A program made the position numbers and the translations under genes. This document shows, in pieces, positions 52,515-61,465 of a DNA stretch of 64,000 nucleotides. The DNA comes from an uncultured Clostridia bacterium (lineage in GTDB: Bacteria; Bacillota; Clostridia; Christensenellales; Borkfalkiaceae). The notes beneath the pieces are model-generated. The model was not told the DNA's origin, did no database searches, and worked only from the letters and a program-made list of their open reading frames with translations. The stretch's first letter is position 1. Each line of letters starts with the position of its first letter. Location: the NCBI GenBank assembly GCA_944328665.1, contig CALVHS010000030.1, forward strand, positions 12,951 through 76,950, in the 5' to 3' direction.

Positions 52515-53096
52515 ATGGACGAACTGAAGGGCATCCTTTCGCGCAATCTCGTCAGGTGCCGCCGCGCGGCGGGACTGACGCAGCTGCAGGTGGCGGAAAA
52601 ACTCAATTATTCGGACAAGGCGGTCTCCAAGTGGGAAAGGGGGGAAGGGCTCCCCGATCTGGCGGTGCTCGTCGCGCTCGCGCGCCTGTACGGCGTCACG
52701 CTCGACTATCTCGTTTCCGAACATGCGGAAAAGGAGAGGCCGCCCCGCGGCAAGGGACGCAGCCGCCTCGTTTGGACGCTGTGCTCTTGTGCCCTCGTCT
52801 GGGTGATCGCCACGGCGGTGTTCGCGCTGCTCGGCATTTTCAAGGCGGAGGGGAGGATCTGGCTGAGTTTTGTCTTTGCCGCGCCCGTCACATGCATCGT
52901 GCTCGTCGTGTTTTCGGCGCTGTGGGGAGGCAGGTACTGCGTGTTCGCTTCCGTTTCCGGCATGTTGTGGACGTGTGCTTTGGCGGTTTTTTTGTGCTGG
53001 CGGGCGGAAAACGTCTGGCTGGTGTTCGTGGCGGCGGCGCCCCTGCAGGTCTTGGCGGTGTTTTGGTTTATTTTGCGTCCGAAAAAGGCAAAATAA
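52515..53096 (+). CDS. XRE-family HTH regulator with a C-terminal multi-TM domain
   Basis: The HTH is LTQLQVAEKLNYSDKAVSKWERGEGLPD. The C-terminal half has ~4 hydrophobic helices. Confidence 0.88.
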   Translation: MDELKGILSRNLVRCRRAAGLTQLQVAEKLNYSDKAVSKWERGEGLPDLAVLVALARLYGVTLDYLVSEHAEKERPPRGKGRSRLVWTLCSCALVWVIATAVFALLGIFKAEGRIWLSFVFAAPVTCIVLVVFSALWGGRYCVFASVSGMLWTCALAVFLCWRAENVWLVFVAAAPLQVLAVFWFILRPKKAK

Positions 53097-53125
53097 TTGC
53101 AAATCATTCTTTTTTGTGATATAAT
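53097..53125 (+). promoter_or_regulatory. Sigma-A-type promoter of alr (TTGCAA-N17-TATAAT, extended TG)
   Basis: The sequence is ttgcaa atcattcttttttgtga tataat. Confidence 0.55.
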
Positions 53126-53208
53126 TTTTTTTGGGCGATGCTCCGTACGCACGCTTTGCCCGCCCTTCGCATAAACTGGTGGCAGAAAAAGCCGCGGGAG
53201 AGAAGGGA

Positions 53209-54225
53209 ATGCAGCAAAACGAAGCGATCGTCTATCTCGGCCGTATCCGCCGCAACGCCGCCAAGCTGGCGGCGCGCGCGGGCGGGGCAAAGTTTTGTGC
53301 CGTCGTGAAGGCGGACGCATACGGGCACGGCGCGGCGGAGGTCGCGCGCGCCCTTGCGGGCAGGGCGGATATGTTTGCCGTCGCCCTCGCGGACGAAGGG
53401 ATGCGGCTGCGCCTTTCCTGTGGCGCGGACATCTTAGTGCTCGTTCCGCCCCTTTCCTTTGAAGAGGCCGCGCGCGGCATCTTTGCGGGGCTGATCTTTT
53501 CCGTCGGAGACGGCGAGGACGCGGCGCTGCTTGCCCGTGCGGCAAAGCGGCTCGGGCGGCGCGCCCGCTGCCATCTGCAGGTCAACACGGGCATGAACCG
53601 CTTCGGCTTCGACAGGAAGGGCCTGCTTGCGTTTTGCGGGGCGGAGGAGGCGTCTCTCTCCGTGGAAGGGATCTATTCCCATTTTTACCGCCCGCAGGAT
53701 GCCGCCGTGACGGCGGAGCAGTTTTCGAAGTTCCAAGAGGCGTGCGCCCTTGCGGAAGGGGCGTTCGGCCCCCTCGTCAAGCACATCGCCGCCACCGGCG
53801 GCCTGCTTGCGGACGGGCGGTACGCGCTCGACATGGTGCGGCCGGGGATCGGATTGTACGGGTATCTTCCCGAAGGGTTTGCGGGCGGGCCGACCCTCGA
53901 AAAAGGGATGCGCATATATGCATGCGCCGCGGCGTGCCGCGCATATCGCGGCGGCGGCGCGGGCTATGGCGGATATACCGCCGAGGAAGGCAGCCCCCTT
54001 TCCGTCGTGCGCTGCGGGTATGCCGACGGTTTTTTCCGCAGCGGCGGCATCGGTAACGTAAACGATTTGTGCATGGATGCCTGCCTCTACCCGCAAAAGC
54101 TGAAAAAATACGGGCGGGTGTGCGTGCTTTCCGATGCGGAAGAGTATGCGCGCGCACACGGCACCATTGCATATGAAGTGCTCGTGCATGCGGGCAGAAG
54201 GGCGGTGAAGATCTATGCCGGATGA
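53209..54225 (+). CDS. alr: Alanine racemase
   Basis: The start is at MQQNEAIVYL with SD gggagagaaggg. The PLP-lysine motif VVKADAYGHG and a C-terminal beta domain are present. Confidence 0.88.
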   Translation: MQQNEAIVYLGRIRRNAAKLAARAGGAKFCAVVKADAYGHGAAEVARALAGRADMFAVALADEGMRLRLSCGADILVLVPPLSFEEAARGIFAGLIFSVGDGEDAALLARAAKRLGRRARCHLQVNTGMNRFGFDRKGLLAFCGAEEASLSVEGIYSHFYRPQDAAVTAEQFSKFQEACALAEGAFGPLVKHIAATGGLLADGRYALDMVRPGIGLYGYLPEGFAGGPTLEKGMRIYACAAACRAYRGGGAGYGGYTAEEGSPLSVVRCGYADGFFRSGGIGNVNDLCMDACLYPQKLKKYGRVCVLSDAEEYARAHGTIAYEVLVHAGRRAVKIYAG

Positions 54226-54763
54226 CGGAGCGCAAAAGGCGGAGCTCCGCCGCGCGATGAAGGCGGCGCGCGCCGCCTGTACGGACAGATATGACAGGGA
54301 CGGCGCGCTCTTAGAAAACTTTTTTTCCCTCTCTTTCAAGGGGGCGCATTCCTTTTTTCTCTACAACGCGTCCGGAAGCGAAGCCGCGACGGGCGGGATC
54401 GCCGCACGCCTGTTGGCGGAGGGGAAGGAAGTGTACTTTCCGCGCGTGGAGGGCAAAACGATGGCGCCCGTCCGCTATACGGGACAAGCTCTGCGCAGGG
54501 GCGCCTTCGGCATCGGAGAGCCGTCGGGCGAGCCCTATGGCGGCACGCCGGACGTCTGCGTGCTGCCCCTTTTGGCGGCGGACGGAGAATTTTTTCGTTT
54601 AGGTCACGGGGGCGGCTATTACGACAGATACTTGTCCGGAAAGGAGATATACAAGGTCGGGCTGGGGTATGATTTTCAGCTCGTCGGAAACGTCCCGCAC
54701 GAGCCGCACGACGTCAGGCTGGACGCGCTCGTGACGGACAAGCGCATTTTGATACGGAGGTAA
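54215..54763 (+). CDS. 5-formyltetrahydrofolate cyclo-ligase
   Basis: The motifs FGIGEP and GHGGGYYDR are present. The gene overlaps the alr stop by 11 nt. Confidence 0.85.
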   Translation: MPDDGAQKAELRRAMKAARAACTDRYDRDGALLENFFSLSFKGAHSFFLYNASGSEAATGGIAARLLAEGKEVYFPRVEGKTMAPVRYTGQALRRGAFGIGEPSGEPYGGTPDVCVLPLLAADGEFFRLGHGGGYYDRYLSGKEIYKVGLGYDFQLVGNVPHEPHDVRLDALVTDKRILIRR

Positions 54764-54767
54764 CACC

Positions 54768-55388
54768 ATGAACAACGAGAGATTCAACCCGTTCGGCAGC
54801 ATCCTCGAATATCTCAGGCGGTCGGCGACGCCGTTTTTCCTCAACCTTATGTTCGGCATGACGTTGTTCGCCATTGCCGCGATCACGAACACGGAAATGC
54901 GGGTCATCCTTACGGTCCTGATCGCCGTACTTACCTATTTTACCGATTTTATGCTCATCCGCTCGATGGGGGAGCTCGCTTACAAGATGAAGACCGCGGG
55001 GGAAAGGAGGCGCGCCGGACAGCCGTCTGGCATGTCGGAAAAGGGCGTGGAAGGGTATAAATACGCCAAAGAATACCGCCCGTACAAGGGATTCGTCATC
55101 GGCGCCGTCGTTTCCCTCGTTCCGATCGTTTTCATCATCGTCGACGTCTGCACGCAGAGCGCGGGGGCGCGGCTCGTATACGGGATGATCGCGGGCTGGG
55201 CGTTCTTTCCCGTGTTCAACCTGCATACGGAGGCGGATATCCTCTTTACGCTCATTCCCTGCGCGGTCATGATCATCGTCTCGGGCATCGCCTATATCGT
55301 GGGCAGCGGCAGAGAAAAACTGCGCCAGTTCGCGCTTGAACAGCGCGAGGCGGAGATCGAAAAGGCCAAGGGGGCGAGAAAGCGTTGA
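54768..55388 (+). CDS. Hypothetical membrane protein (206 aa)
   Basis: SD ggagg precedes the ATG. The protein has four to five hydrophobic helices and no recognisable motif. Confidence 0.7.
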   Translation: MNNERFNPFGSILEYLRRSATPFFLNLMFGMTLFAIAAITNTEMRVILTVLIAVLTYFTDFMLIRSMGELAYKMKTAGERRRAGQPSGMSEKGVEGYKYAKEYRPYKGFVIGAVVSLVPIVFIIVDVCTQSAGARLVYGMIAGWAFFPVFNLHTEADILFTLIPCAVMIIVSGIAYIVGSGREKLRQFALEQREAEIEKAKGARKR

Positions 55389-55912
55389 GGATCATCGGCG
55401 GCAGATACCGCGGGCGGGTGCTCACCGCCTTCAAGGGGAAGGAGATCCGTCCCACGGCGGACAGGGTCAAAGAATCCCTCTTCAACATCCTCGCGCCCGA
55501 GATCGGCGGGGCGAACGTCCTCGACCTATTTGCCGGCAGCGGCAGCGTGGGGCTGGAAGCGCTCTCGCGGGGCGCCGATTATGTCGTCTTTAACGATATT
55601 TCCGCGGACAGCCTCGCCGTGCTGAAAAAGAACTGCGCGGCGCTCAAAGTGGAACCGAAGATATACAGGCTGGACTACCGAGAACTGCTCGAAAGGCTGG
55701 ATATCACCTTCGACGTCATCTTCATCGATCCGCCGTATAAGAGCGGGTTCGGCAAGGACGCGCTTTCCGTCATCGCGCGGCGGAAACTGCTCAATACGGG
55801 CGGGATCGCCGTGTTTGAAAGCGACCGGCCGTTCGAAGGGGAGGTCGGGCTCGTTCCGTATGACGAGCGGCGCTACGGCGCCACCTATCTCACCTTCTTT
55901 TCGCCCGACTGA
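55385..55912 (+). CDS. rsmD: 16S rRNA (guanine966-N2)-methyltransferase RsmD
   Basis: The protein begins (M)RIIGGRYRGR..RPTADRVKESLFNIL and has the motifs DLFAGSG and DPPY. The TTG start overlaps the upstream stop. Confidence 0.88.
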   Translation: MRIIGGRYRGRVLTAFKGKEIRPTADRVKESLFNILAPEIGGANVLDLFAGSGSVGLEALSRGADYVVFNDISADSLAVLKKNCAALKVEPKIYRLDYRELLERLDITFDVIFIDPPYKSGFGKDALSVIARRKLLNTGGIAVFESDRPFEGEVGLVPYDERRYGATYLTFFSPD

Positions 55913-55930
55913 GGGGCGGGGAGGAACGCT

Positions 55931-56425
55931 ATGAAAAAATGTCTCTTTGCGGGGACTTTCGACCCGCCCACCCTCGGGCACAAAGACGTGGTCATGAAGT
56001 GCCTCGCCCTCTTTGACGAGGTCATCGTCGCCATCCTCATCAATCCCAATAAAAAGCCTCTTTTCACCGTGGAAGAGCGGCTGTCCATGCTGAAAAAGGT
56101 GTTCGCCTCCTATCCCAACGTGCGCGTGCTTTCCTATGACGGGCTGACCGTCGACCTGCTGAAAAGGGAGGGGGTGCGCTTCTATGTGCGCGGTATCCGC
56201 AACGGCACCGATTACGATTACGAGGCACAGCTCAATTATATCAACGTAGACATGTACAAGGATATGATCACCGTTTTCCTGCCCACGCGGCAGGAGTTTT
56301 TGCACATCAGTTCCGGCTTAGTCAAAGATGCGCTGCGCTTTCATAAAGACGTCGGCCGCTATATCCCGGAAGAGATCAGGGGGGATCTGAAAAAATATTT
56401 GCAAGAGGCGGATAAAAATGTTTGA
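55931..56425 (+). CDS. coaD: Pantetheine-phosphate adenylyltransferase
   Basis: The motif GTFDPPTLGH and the ~160-aa size fit, as does the rsmD-coaD gene pair. Confidence 0.93.
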   Translation: MKKCLFAGTFDPPTLGHKDVVMKCLALFDEVIVAILINPNKKPLFTVEERLSMLKKVFASYPNVRVLSYDGLTVDLLKREGVRFYVRGIRNGTDYDYEAQLNYINVDMYKDMITVFLPTRQEFLHISSGLVKDALRFHKDVGRYIPEEIRGDLKKYLQEADKNV

Positions 56426-57443
56426 AAGGGAAGAAAAGATCCCCGAAGCGGAGGAGATCCTCGCGGAAACGCCGTTGCCCGCGCCGTTGAAAAAGGTCAA
56501 GGCGGAGCGGGACGCGCTCGCTTCCTCCGTGATCCGCGGGGAGACGGACAAACTGCTCGTCATCGTCGGGCCGTGTTCCGCGCATGAGAGCAGGCCCGTG
56601 CTCGAATATGTCGAGCGGTTGGGCAGGCTCAACGAGCGCGTAAAGGACAGGCTCGTGCTCGTGCCCCGCATCTATACAAACAAGCCGCGGACCAAGGGCG
56701 TCGGTTATAAGGGCATGTTTACCCAGCCCGACCCGAAGAGCAAGGAAGATATCTTGAAGGGCATCCACACCATCCGCCGCCTGCACATCGACGCGATCGG
56801 CGTGAGCGGGCTGTCTGCCGCGGACGAGATGCTCTATCCGGAAAATTACGCCTATGTAGAAGATCTGCTCACGTACATCGCCGTGGGGGCGCGCTCGAGT
56901 GAAAACCAGATGCATCGCCTCGTCGCGAGCGGCATCGAACTGCCCGTGGGCATCAAAAATCCCATGAGCGGTTCCGTGCCCGTGCTCATCAACTCCGTCT
57001 ATGCCGCCCAGAGCGGCGGGCAGGTGTTCAAATACCAGGGCTGGCAGGTGCGCGCGTCGGGCAATCCTCTCGCCCACGCCGTACTGCGCGGCGCGGTGGA
57101 CGGGTACGGCAACGACATCCCCAATTTTCATTACGAGACGGTCATGAAGGTGATCGAGGGGTATGCCGCGGCGGGGCTCGCCAATCCCGCCATCATCATC
57201 GATGCCAACCATTCCAATTCGGGCAAGCGGTTCAAACAGCAGATCCGTATCGTGGAAGAGGTGCTGAACAATCGTATTTACGATAAAGATTTCAAAAAAT
57301 ACGTCAAGGGTTTTATGATCGAGAGTTTTCTCGAAGAGGGGAATCAAAAGGAGGACGTCGTCTACGGCAGATCCATCACCGATCCCTGCCTGGGTTGGGC
57401 GGATACCGAGCGGCTCATCCTCGACATCGCGGAAAAGGTCTGA
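56418..57443 (+). CDS. 3-deoxy-7-phosphoheptulonate (DAHP) synthase, class I
   Basis: The sequence LLVIVGPCSAHE..RIYTNKPRTKGVGYKGM.. is present, and the ~340-aa size fits. Confidence 0.88.
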   Translation: MFEREEKIPEAEEILAETPLPAPLKKVKAERDALASSVIRGETDKLLVIVGPCSAHESRPVLEYVERLGRLNERVKDRLVLVPRIYTNKPRTKGVGYKGMFTQPDPKSKEDILKGIHTIRRLHIDAIGVSGLSAADEMLYPENYAYVEDLLTYIAVGARSSENQMHRLVASGIELPVGIKNPMSGSVPVLINSVYAAQSGGQVFKYQGWQVRASGNPLAHAVLRGAVDGYGNDIPNFHYETVMKVIEGYAAAGLANPAIIIDANHSNSGKRFKQQIRIVEEVLNNRIYDKDFKKYVKGFMIESFLEEGNQKEDVVYGRSITDPCLGWADTERLILDIAEKV

Positions 57444-57454
57444 AGGAGGTCGGC

Positions 57455-58252
57455 ATGAAGGTTTCCTGCCTCGGCCCCGCGGGGAGCTATTCCGAATTGG
57501 CGGCGCGCGCGCTCTGTCCGCAGGCGGAATTGCTCCTCTGTAAAAGTTTTTACGGGGCGGTCGGTTTGCTGAAAGAAGGGAAGGCGGACGCCGCCGTGCT
57601 GCCCGTCGAAAACACGCTGCAGGGCGCGATCGCGCAAAATCTCGACCTGCTGTACGCTACGCCCGGCATCTTTGCGGTGCGGGAGTATCTTTTGCCCGTC
57701 GAACACAGGCTGATCGCGCGGGAAGGGGCTGCGCTTGCGGGCATCCGCCGCGTCTTTTCTCACCGGCAGGCGATCCTGCAATGCGGAAAATTTCTCGCGG
57801 AGCAGTTGCCGGACGCGCAGCTCGTCTATGCCGATTCGACGGCGGAGAGCGTCACGCACCTCGCGGGGGAGGAGGACGCCGCCATCGTCGGCGCGCATTT
57901 TTGCGGTACGGGGCTGCGGTTTTTGACGGACAACATCGCCGACGAGCGCAAAAATTTTACCCATTTTCTGCTCGTGGAGCGGGGAGAGGAAAGTTTGCCC
58001 CTCCATTCGTCGCGCATCTATTTTGCGGCGGCGTGCCCGCACGAACCGGGCGCGCTTTTGAAGATGCTGCAGATCTTGGCGGCATTCGATCTGAACATGA
58101 CCAAGATCGAATCCCGCCCCATCAAAAATTCTCCGGGGGAGTATTGCTTTTTCGTGGAATTTGAGGGAGACAGGGCGGAGAGCGGGGTGCGCGCCGTCCT
58201 CGACCGGCTGAAAAAGTATACGAGGGGATTCCGCTTGCTGGGCTGTTATTGA
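57455..58252 (+). CDS. pheA: Prephenate dehydratase
   Basis: SD gaaggagg precedes the ATG at 57455. The PDT domain begins LGPAGSYSE and the C-terminal ACT domain has TKIESRP. Confidence 0.9.
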   Translation: MKVSCLGPAGSYSELAARALCPQAELLLCKSFYGAVGLLKEGKADAAVLPVENTLQGAIAQNLDLLYATPGIFAVREYLLPVEHRLIAREGAALAGIRRVFSHRQAILQCGKFLAEQLPDAQLVYADSTAESVTHLAGEEDAAIVGAHFCGTGLRFLTDNIADERKNFTHFLLVERGEESLPLHSSRIYFAAACPHEPGALLKMLQILAAFDLNMTKIESRPIKNSPGEYCFFVEFEGDRAESGVRAVLDRLKKYTRGFRLLGCY

Positions 58253-58256
58253 TCGG

Positions 58257-59234
58257 CTATGCGGGGAAAAGCGCGCACAGCGCCAGGCAGATCAAGAACG
58301 CCGCCGCTCCCTGTGCCGATTTCAAGAGCAAAAAGGCGCCCGCGGACGCGCCCGCCTTTTTGAGATAGCCGAGCTGTTGGGCGAGGATACAGGCGCCGCC
58401 GAAGGTGATGAGGAACGCCGCGGGCGGCAGGGCGGCAGTGCCCGTCTGCGCGAGCGCGCGGCAGCCGTGCGTCACTTCCAAAAGCCCCGCGGCAAAGCCC
58501 GCGCCCGCGCCCTCGGCGCCGAGCGGGGCGAACAGTTTTTCGAAGAGAAGGGCGAGAGGGGCGAGCAGCTTTATCGCGGCGAGCATCTCCGCCAGGACAT
58601 AAAACAGGGAGACGAACCCGCCCACGCAGAGGATGGACAGCATGGCGCCGTATACGCTTTCGTAGAGCAGATTGTCCGCCTTGGGCAGGGGCGGCAGGGG
58701 GGATGCGGAAGGCCGCCGCTTTTTTCTGAAGCGCGCGGCGAGAAGGGATACGCCGACGACGCCCGCCAGATGCGAGGCAAAGAGGAGCAGCCCGCAGCGC
58801 ACGTCGCCGAACATCGCCGTTCCCACGCTGCCGATGACGAACATCGGCCCGGAAGTGGAGCAAAGCGCGCCGGCAAAGGCGGCGTCGCGCCTGCCGATCG
58901 TGCCGCTTTCGGCGAGGTCTGCCGTCACGCGGCTGCCCACGGGGTAGCCGGAAAGGGCGCTCATCAGAAAGGCGTAGGCAGCGGCGCCCGGCAAACGGAA
59001 CGCCTTTTGCATGCAGGGGGAAAGTTTTGCCGACGCCTTCGCCGCGAAGCCGAATTTTGTCAGCAGCGCCGTGAACACGAAAAAGGGGAAGAGAGAGGGC
59101 AGGATAAAGTTGAGCCACAGCCGCAACCCGTTCAGGCAGGCGGCGGAATACCGCGCGGGAGAGGCGATCAGCAGGGCGAGGATCGCCGCTAATGCCGCGG
59201 AAGCGGCGGCGGCATATTTGGTTTGTTTGTTCAT
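58257..59234 (-). CDS. ylbJ: Sporulation integral membrane protein YlbJ
   Basis: This is a multi-TM protein with a GLRLWLNFILPSLFPFFV opening and nucleoside-recognition-like repeats, as in YlbJ. Confidence 0.8.
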   Translation of the reverse strand: MNKQTKYAAAASAALAAILALLIASPARYSAACLNGLRLWLNFILPSLFPFFVFTALLTKFGFAAKASAKLSPCMQKAFRLPGAAAYAFLMSALSGYPVGSRVTADLAESGTIGRRDAAFAGALCSTSGPMFVIGSVGTAMFGDVRCGLLLFASHLAGVVGVSLLAARFRKKRRPSASPLPPLPKADNLLYESVYGAMLSILCVGGFVSLFYVLAEMLAAIKLLAPLALLFEKLFAPLGAEGAGAGFAAGLLEVTHGCRALAQTGTAALPPAAFLITFGGACILAQQLGYLKKAGASAGAFLLLKSAQGAAAFLICLALCALFPA

Positions 59235-59265
59235 ATTCTATTTTTACGGACAAGGAGCTTCGGAT

Positions 59266-60057
59266 ATGAAAAAGACGCTCGGACTCGCGCTCGGTGCGGG
59301 CGGCGCGCGCGGCATCGCGCATATCGGATTTTTGCAGGCGCTGGACGAAGCGGGCATCCGTCCGTCCTTCGTCGCCGGCTCTTCGATGGGCAGCATCGTG
59401 GGCGCCTGTTATTGTAAGGGGATGAAGCCCGCGGAGATGCTCGACATCGTGCGGGAACTCAAGCCTTCCGACATCGTCAACCTCGGCATTTCGCCCATCA
59501 CGAAGCTGGGGCTGATGAAGTGGACGAAGGTGAGGCGGATGATGTCGGATTTTTTGGAAAACAGCGATTTTTCCGACCTCTCCATCCCGTTTTGCTGCGT
59601 GGCGGTCGATCTGATCTCGGGCAGGCTCGCAGAACTGTCCTCGGGCAGCGTGGTGGACGCCGTACTCGCTTCCGGTTCGATCCCCACGGTGTTCCGTCCC
59701 GTGGAGAGGGAAGGGATGCTGCTCATCGACGGGGGCGTCCTGTGCCGCGTGCCCGTAAAGCAAGTCAAAAAGATGGGGGCGGACGTCGTCGTTGCCGTGG
59801 ACGTGCTCGGCAAATGCCGCCCCGTGGAAAAGGTCAACAACGTCGTTTCCCTCATCATGCGCACCTATGATATCATGGATGCGTACAAGACGGCGACGCA
59901 AAAGCGCGGCCTGCGCCGCTACTACGATCTTTGGCTGGAACCGGAGATGGGGAACGTCAATCAATACCGCGTAAAATTCGATCAGTCCGTCTATGACGCG
60001 GGCTATGTCTGCGGTCTGCGGAATGCGGAAAAGATCGCGGCGCTCTTGGAGCGCTGA
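59266..60057 (+). CDS. Patatin-like phospholipase
   Basis: SD aaggag precedes the ATG at 59266. The oxyanion motif GAGGARG, the GxSxG motif (GSSMG) and the catalytic DGG are present. Confidence 0.9.
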   Translation: MKKTLGLALGAGGARGIAHIGFLQALDEAGIRPSFVAGSSMGSIVGACYCKGMKPAEMLDIVRELKPSDIVNLGISPITKLGLMKWTKVRRMMSDFLENSDFSDLSIPFCCVAVDLISGRLAELSSGSVVDAVLASGSIPTVFRPVEREGMLLIDGGVLCRVPVKQVKKMGADVVVAVDVLGKCRPVEKVNNVVSLIMRTYDIMDAYKTATQKRGLRRYYDLWLEPEMGNVNQYRVKFDQSVYDAGYVCGLRNAEKIAALLER

Positions 60058-60073
60058 CGCCGCGGGAGAGAGT

Positions 60074-61378
60074 ATGGATCTTTTCGATCTCAACAACAAC
60101 GAATACGACGCCAAGCCGCTCGCCGACAAGATGCGCCCCAACACCCTCGACGAATTTATCGGGCAGAAACACATCGTCGCGGAGGGGAGCCTCCTGCGGC
60201 GCGCCATCAAGCTGGACAGGCTCGGCAGCTGCATTTTTTGGGGGCCGCCCGGCTGCGGCAAGACGACCCTCGCGCACATCGTCGCTTCCACGACGCACGG
60301 CGATTTCGTCAAGCTCAACGCTGTGCAGAGCGGCGTCGCCGACGTAAAAAAGGCGGCGGAGAAAGCAAAAAACGCCCTGAAGATGTTCGGCAAAAGGACC
60401 TATCTTTTGCTGGACGAATGTCATCGCTTCAGCAAGACGCAGTCAGATTCCCTGTTGCCAGCCATCGAGCAGGGCACGCTCATCCTGATCGGCTCCACGA
60501 CGGAAAATCCCTATGCGTCTATGACCCCCGCCATCCTTTCCCGCTGCCGCGTGTTCGAGTTCAAACGCCTCTCCGAAGAGGAGATCTCGGCGGCGCTGCG
60601 GGGCGCGCTCACTTCCCGCAAGGGATTGTATGCGTATAAGGCGCAGGCGGACGAAGAGGCGGTGCGGCACATTGCCCGCATGAGCGCGGGAGATCTGCGC
60701 GCGGCGTACAATGCGCTGGAATTGGCGGTGCTCACCACGCCGCCCGATGCTTCGGGCGGCATCCGCGTCACGCTGGCGGATGCGGAGCAGTCCATCCAAC
60801 GCAAGGCGCTCTCTTATAACGAGGACGCCTATTACGATTTTCTGTCCGCCTTCTGCAAAAGCCTGCGCGGCAGCGACGCGGACGCGGCGCTCTATTACGC
60901 GTTCCGCCTCATCGAAGGCGGGTGTGACCCCCTCGCCGTTTTCCGGCGGCTGATCGTCCACGCGAGCGAGGACGTGGGCATGGCGGATCCGAACGCCCTC
61001 GTCGTCGCCTCTTCCGCCCTGACCGCCTATGAAAAGATCGGCGCGCCCGAAGGGCTGATCCCGCTGAGCGAGGCGATCGTCTACGTCTGCGAAGCGGAAA
61101 AGTCCGATTCCGTCATCCTCGCCATGGAAGGGGCGCGGAAGGCGGCGCGCGAGGTGCGCGACGACGATATCCCGCCCTATCTGAAGGACAATACCTTCGG
61201 GGACGGGCAGAGCAAGGCGCAGAGCGGGAAGTATCTGTACCCGCACGATTTCGGCGGCTGGGTGGAACAGCAATACCTGCCCGACAGCCTGCGGGGAGAA
61301 AAGTGGTATATCCCCAAAGGAAAAGGCTTCGAACGGACGGTTTTTGAGATCCGCCGCAGGAAAGGTAAAAAGAGTTAA
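60074..61378 (+). CDS. rarA: Replication-associated recombination protein A (AAA+ ATPase)
   Basis: The N-terminal sequence is LADKMRPNTLDEFIGQKHI and the Walker A is GPPGCGKTT. A MgsA C-terminal domain is present. Confidence 0.92.
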   Translation: MDLFDLNNNEYDAKPLADKMRPNTLDEFIGQKHIVAEGSLLRRAIKLDRLGSCIFWGPPGCGKTTLAHIVASTTHGDFVKLNAVQSGVADVKKAAEKAKNALKMFGKRTYLLLDECHRFSKTQSDSLLPAIEQGTLILIGSTTENPYASMTPAILSRCRVFEFKRLSEEEISAALRGALTSRKGLYAYKAQADEEAVRHIARMSAGDLRAAYNALELAVLTTPPDASGGIRVTLADAEQSIQRKALSYNEDAYYDFLSAFCKSLRGSDADAALYYAFRLIEGGCDPLAVFRRLIVHASEDVGMADPNALVVASSALTAYEKIGAPEGLIPLSEAIVYVCEAEKSDSVILAMEGARKAAREVRDDDIPPYLKDNTFGDGQSKAQSGKYLYPHDFGGWVEQQYLPDSLRGEKWYIPKGKGFERTVFEIRRRKGKKS

Positions 61379-61388
61379 AGCGCAGAGA

Positions 61389-61418
61389 TTGACAAAGACC
61401 GCTTCCGTGCGGTATACT
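61389..61418 (+). promoter_or_regulatory. Sigma-A-type promoter (TTGACA-N18-TATACT)
   Basis: The sequence is ttgaca aagaccgcttccgtgcgg tatact gta. Confidence 0.55.
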
Positions 61419-61465
61419 GTAAGAGAAAAAACGATTCATTTTTGATCCCGAGAGAGGAGAAGAAC

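Noticed and set aside
59235-59265. ylbJ as another leaderless gene (minus strand ..cgtaaaaatagaatATG, no SD).
   Set aside because: The -10 candidates (TAAAAA or TAGAAT) are weak or misplaced, and there is no -35 match. The signal is too ambiguous to list with the other candidates.
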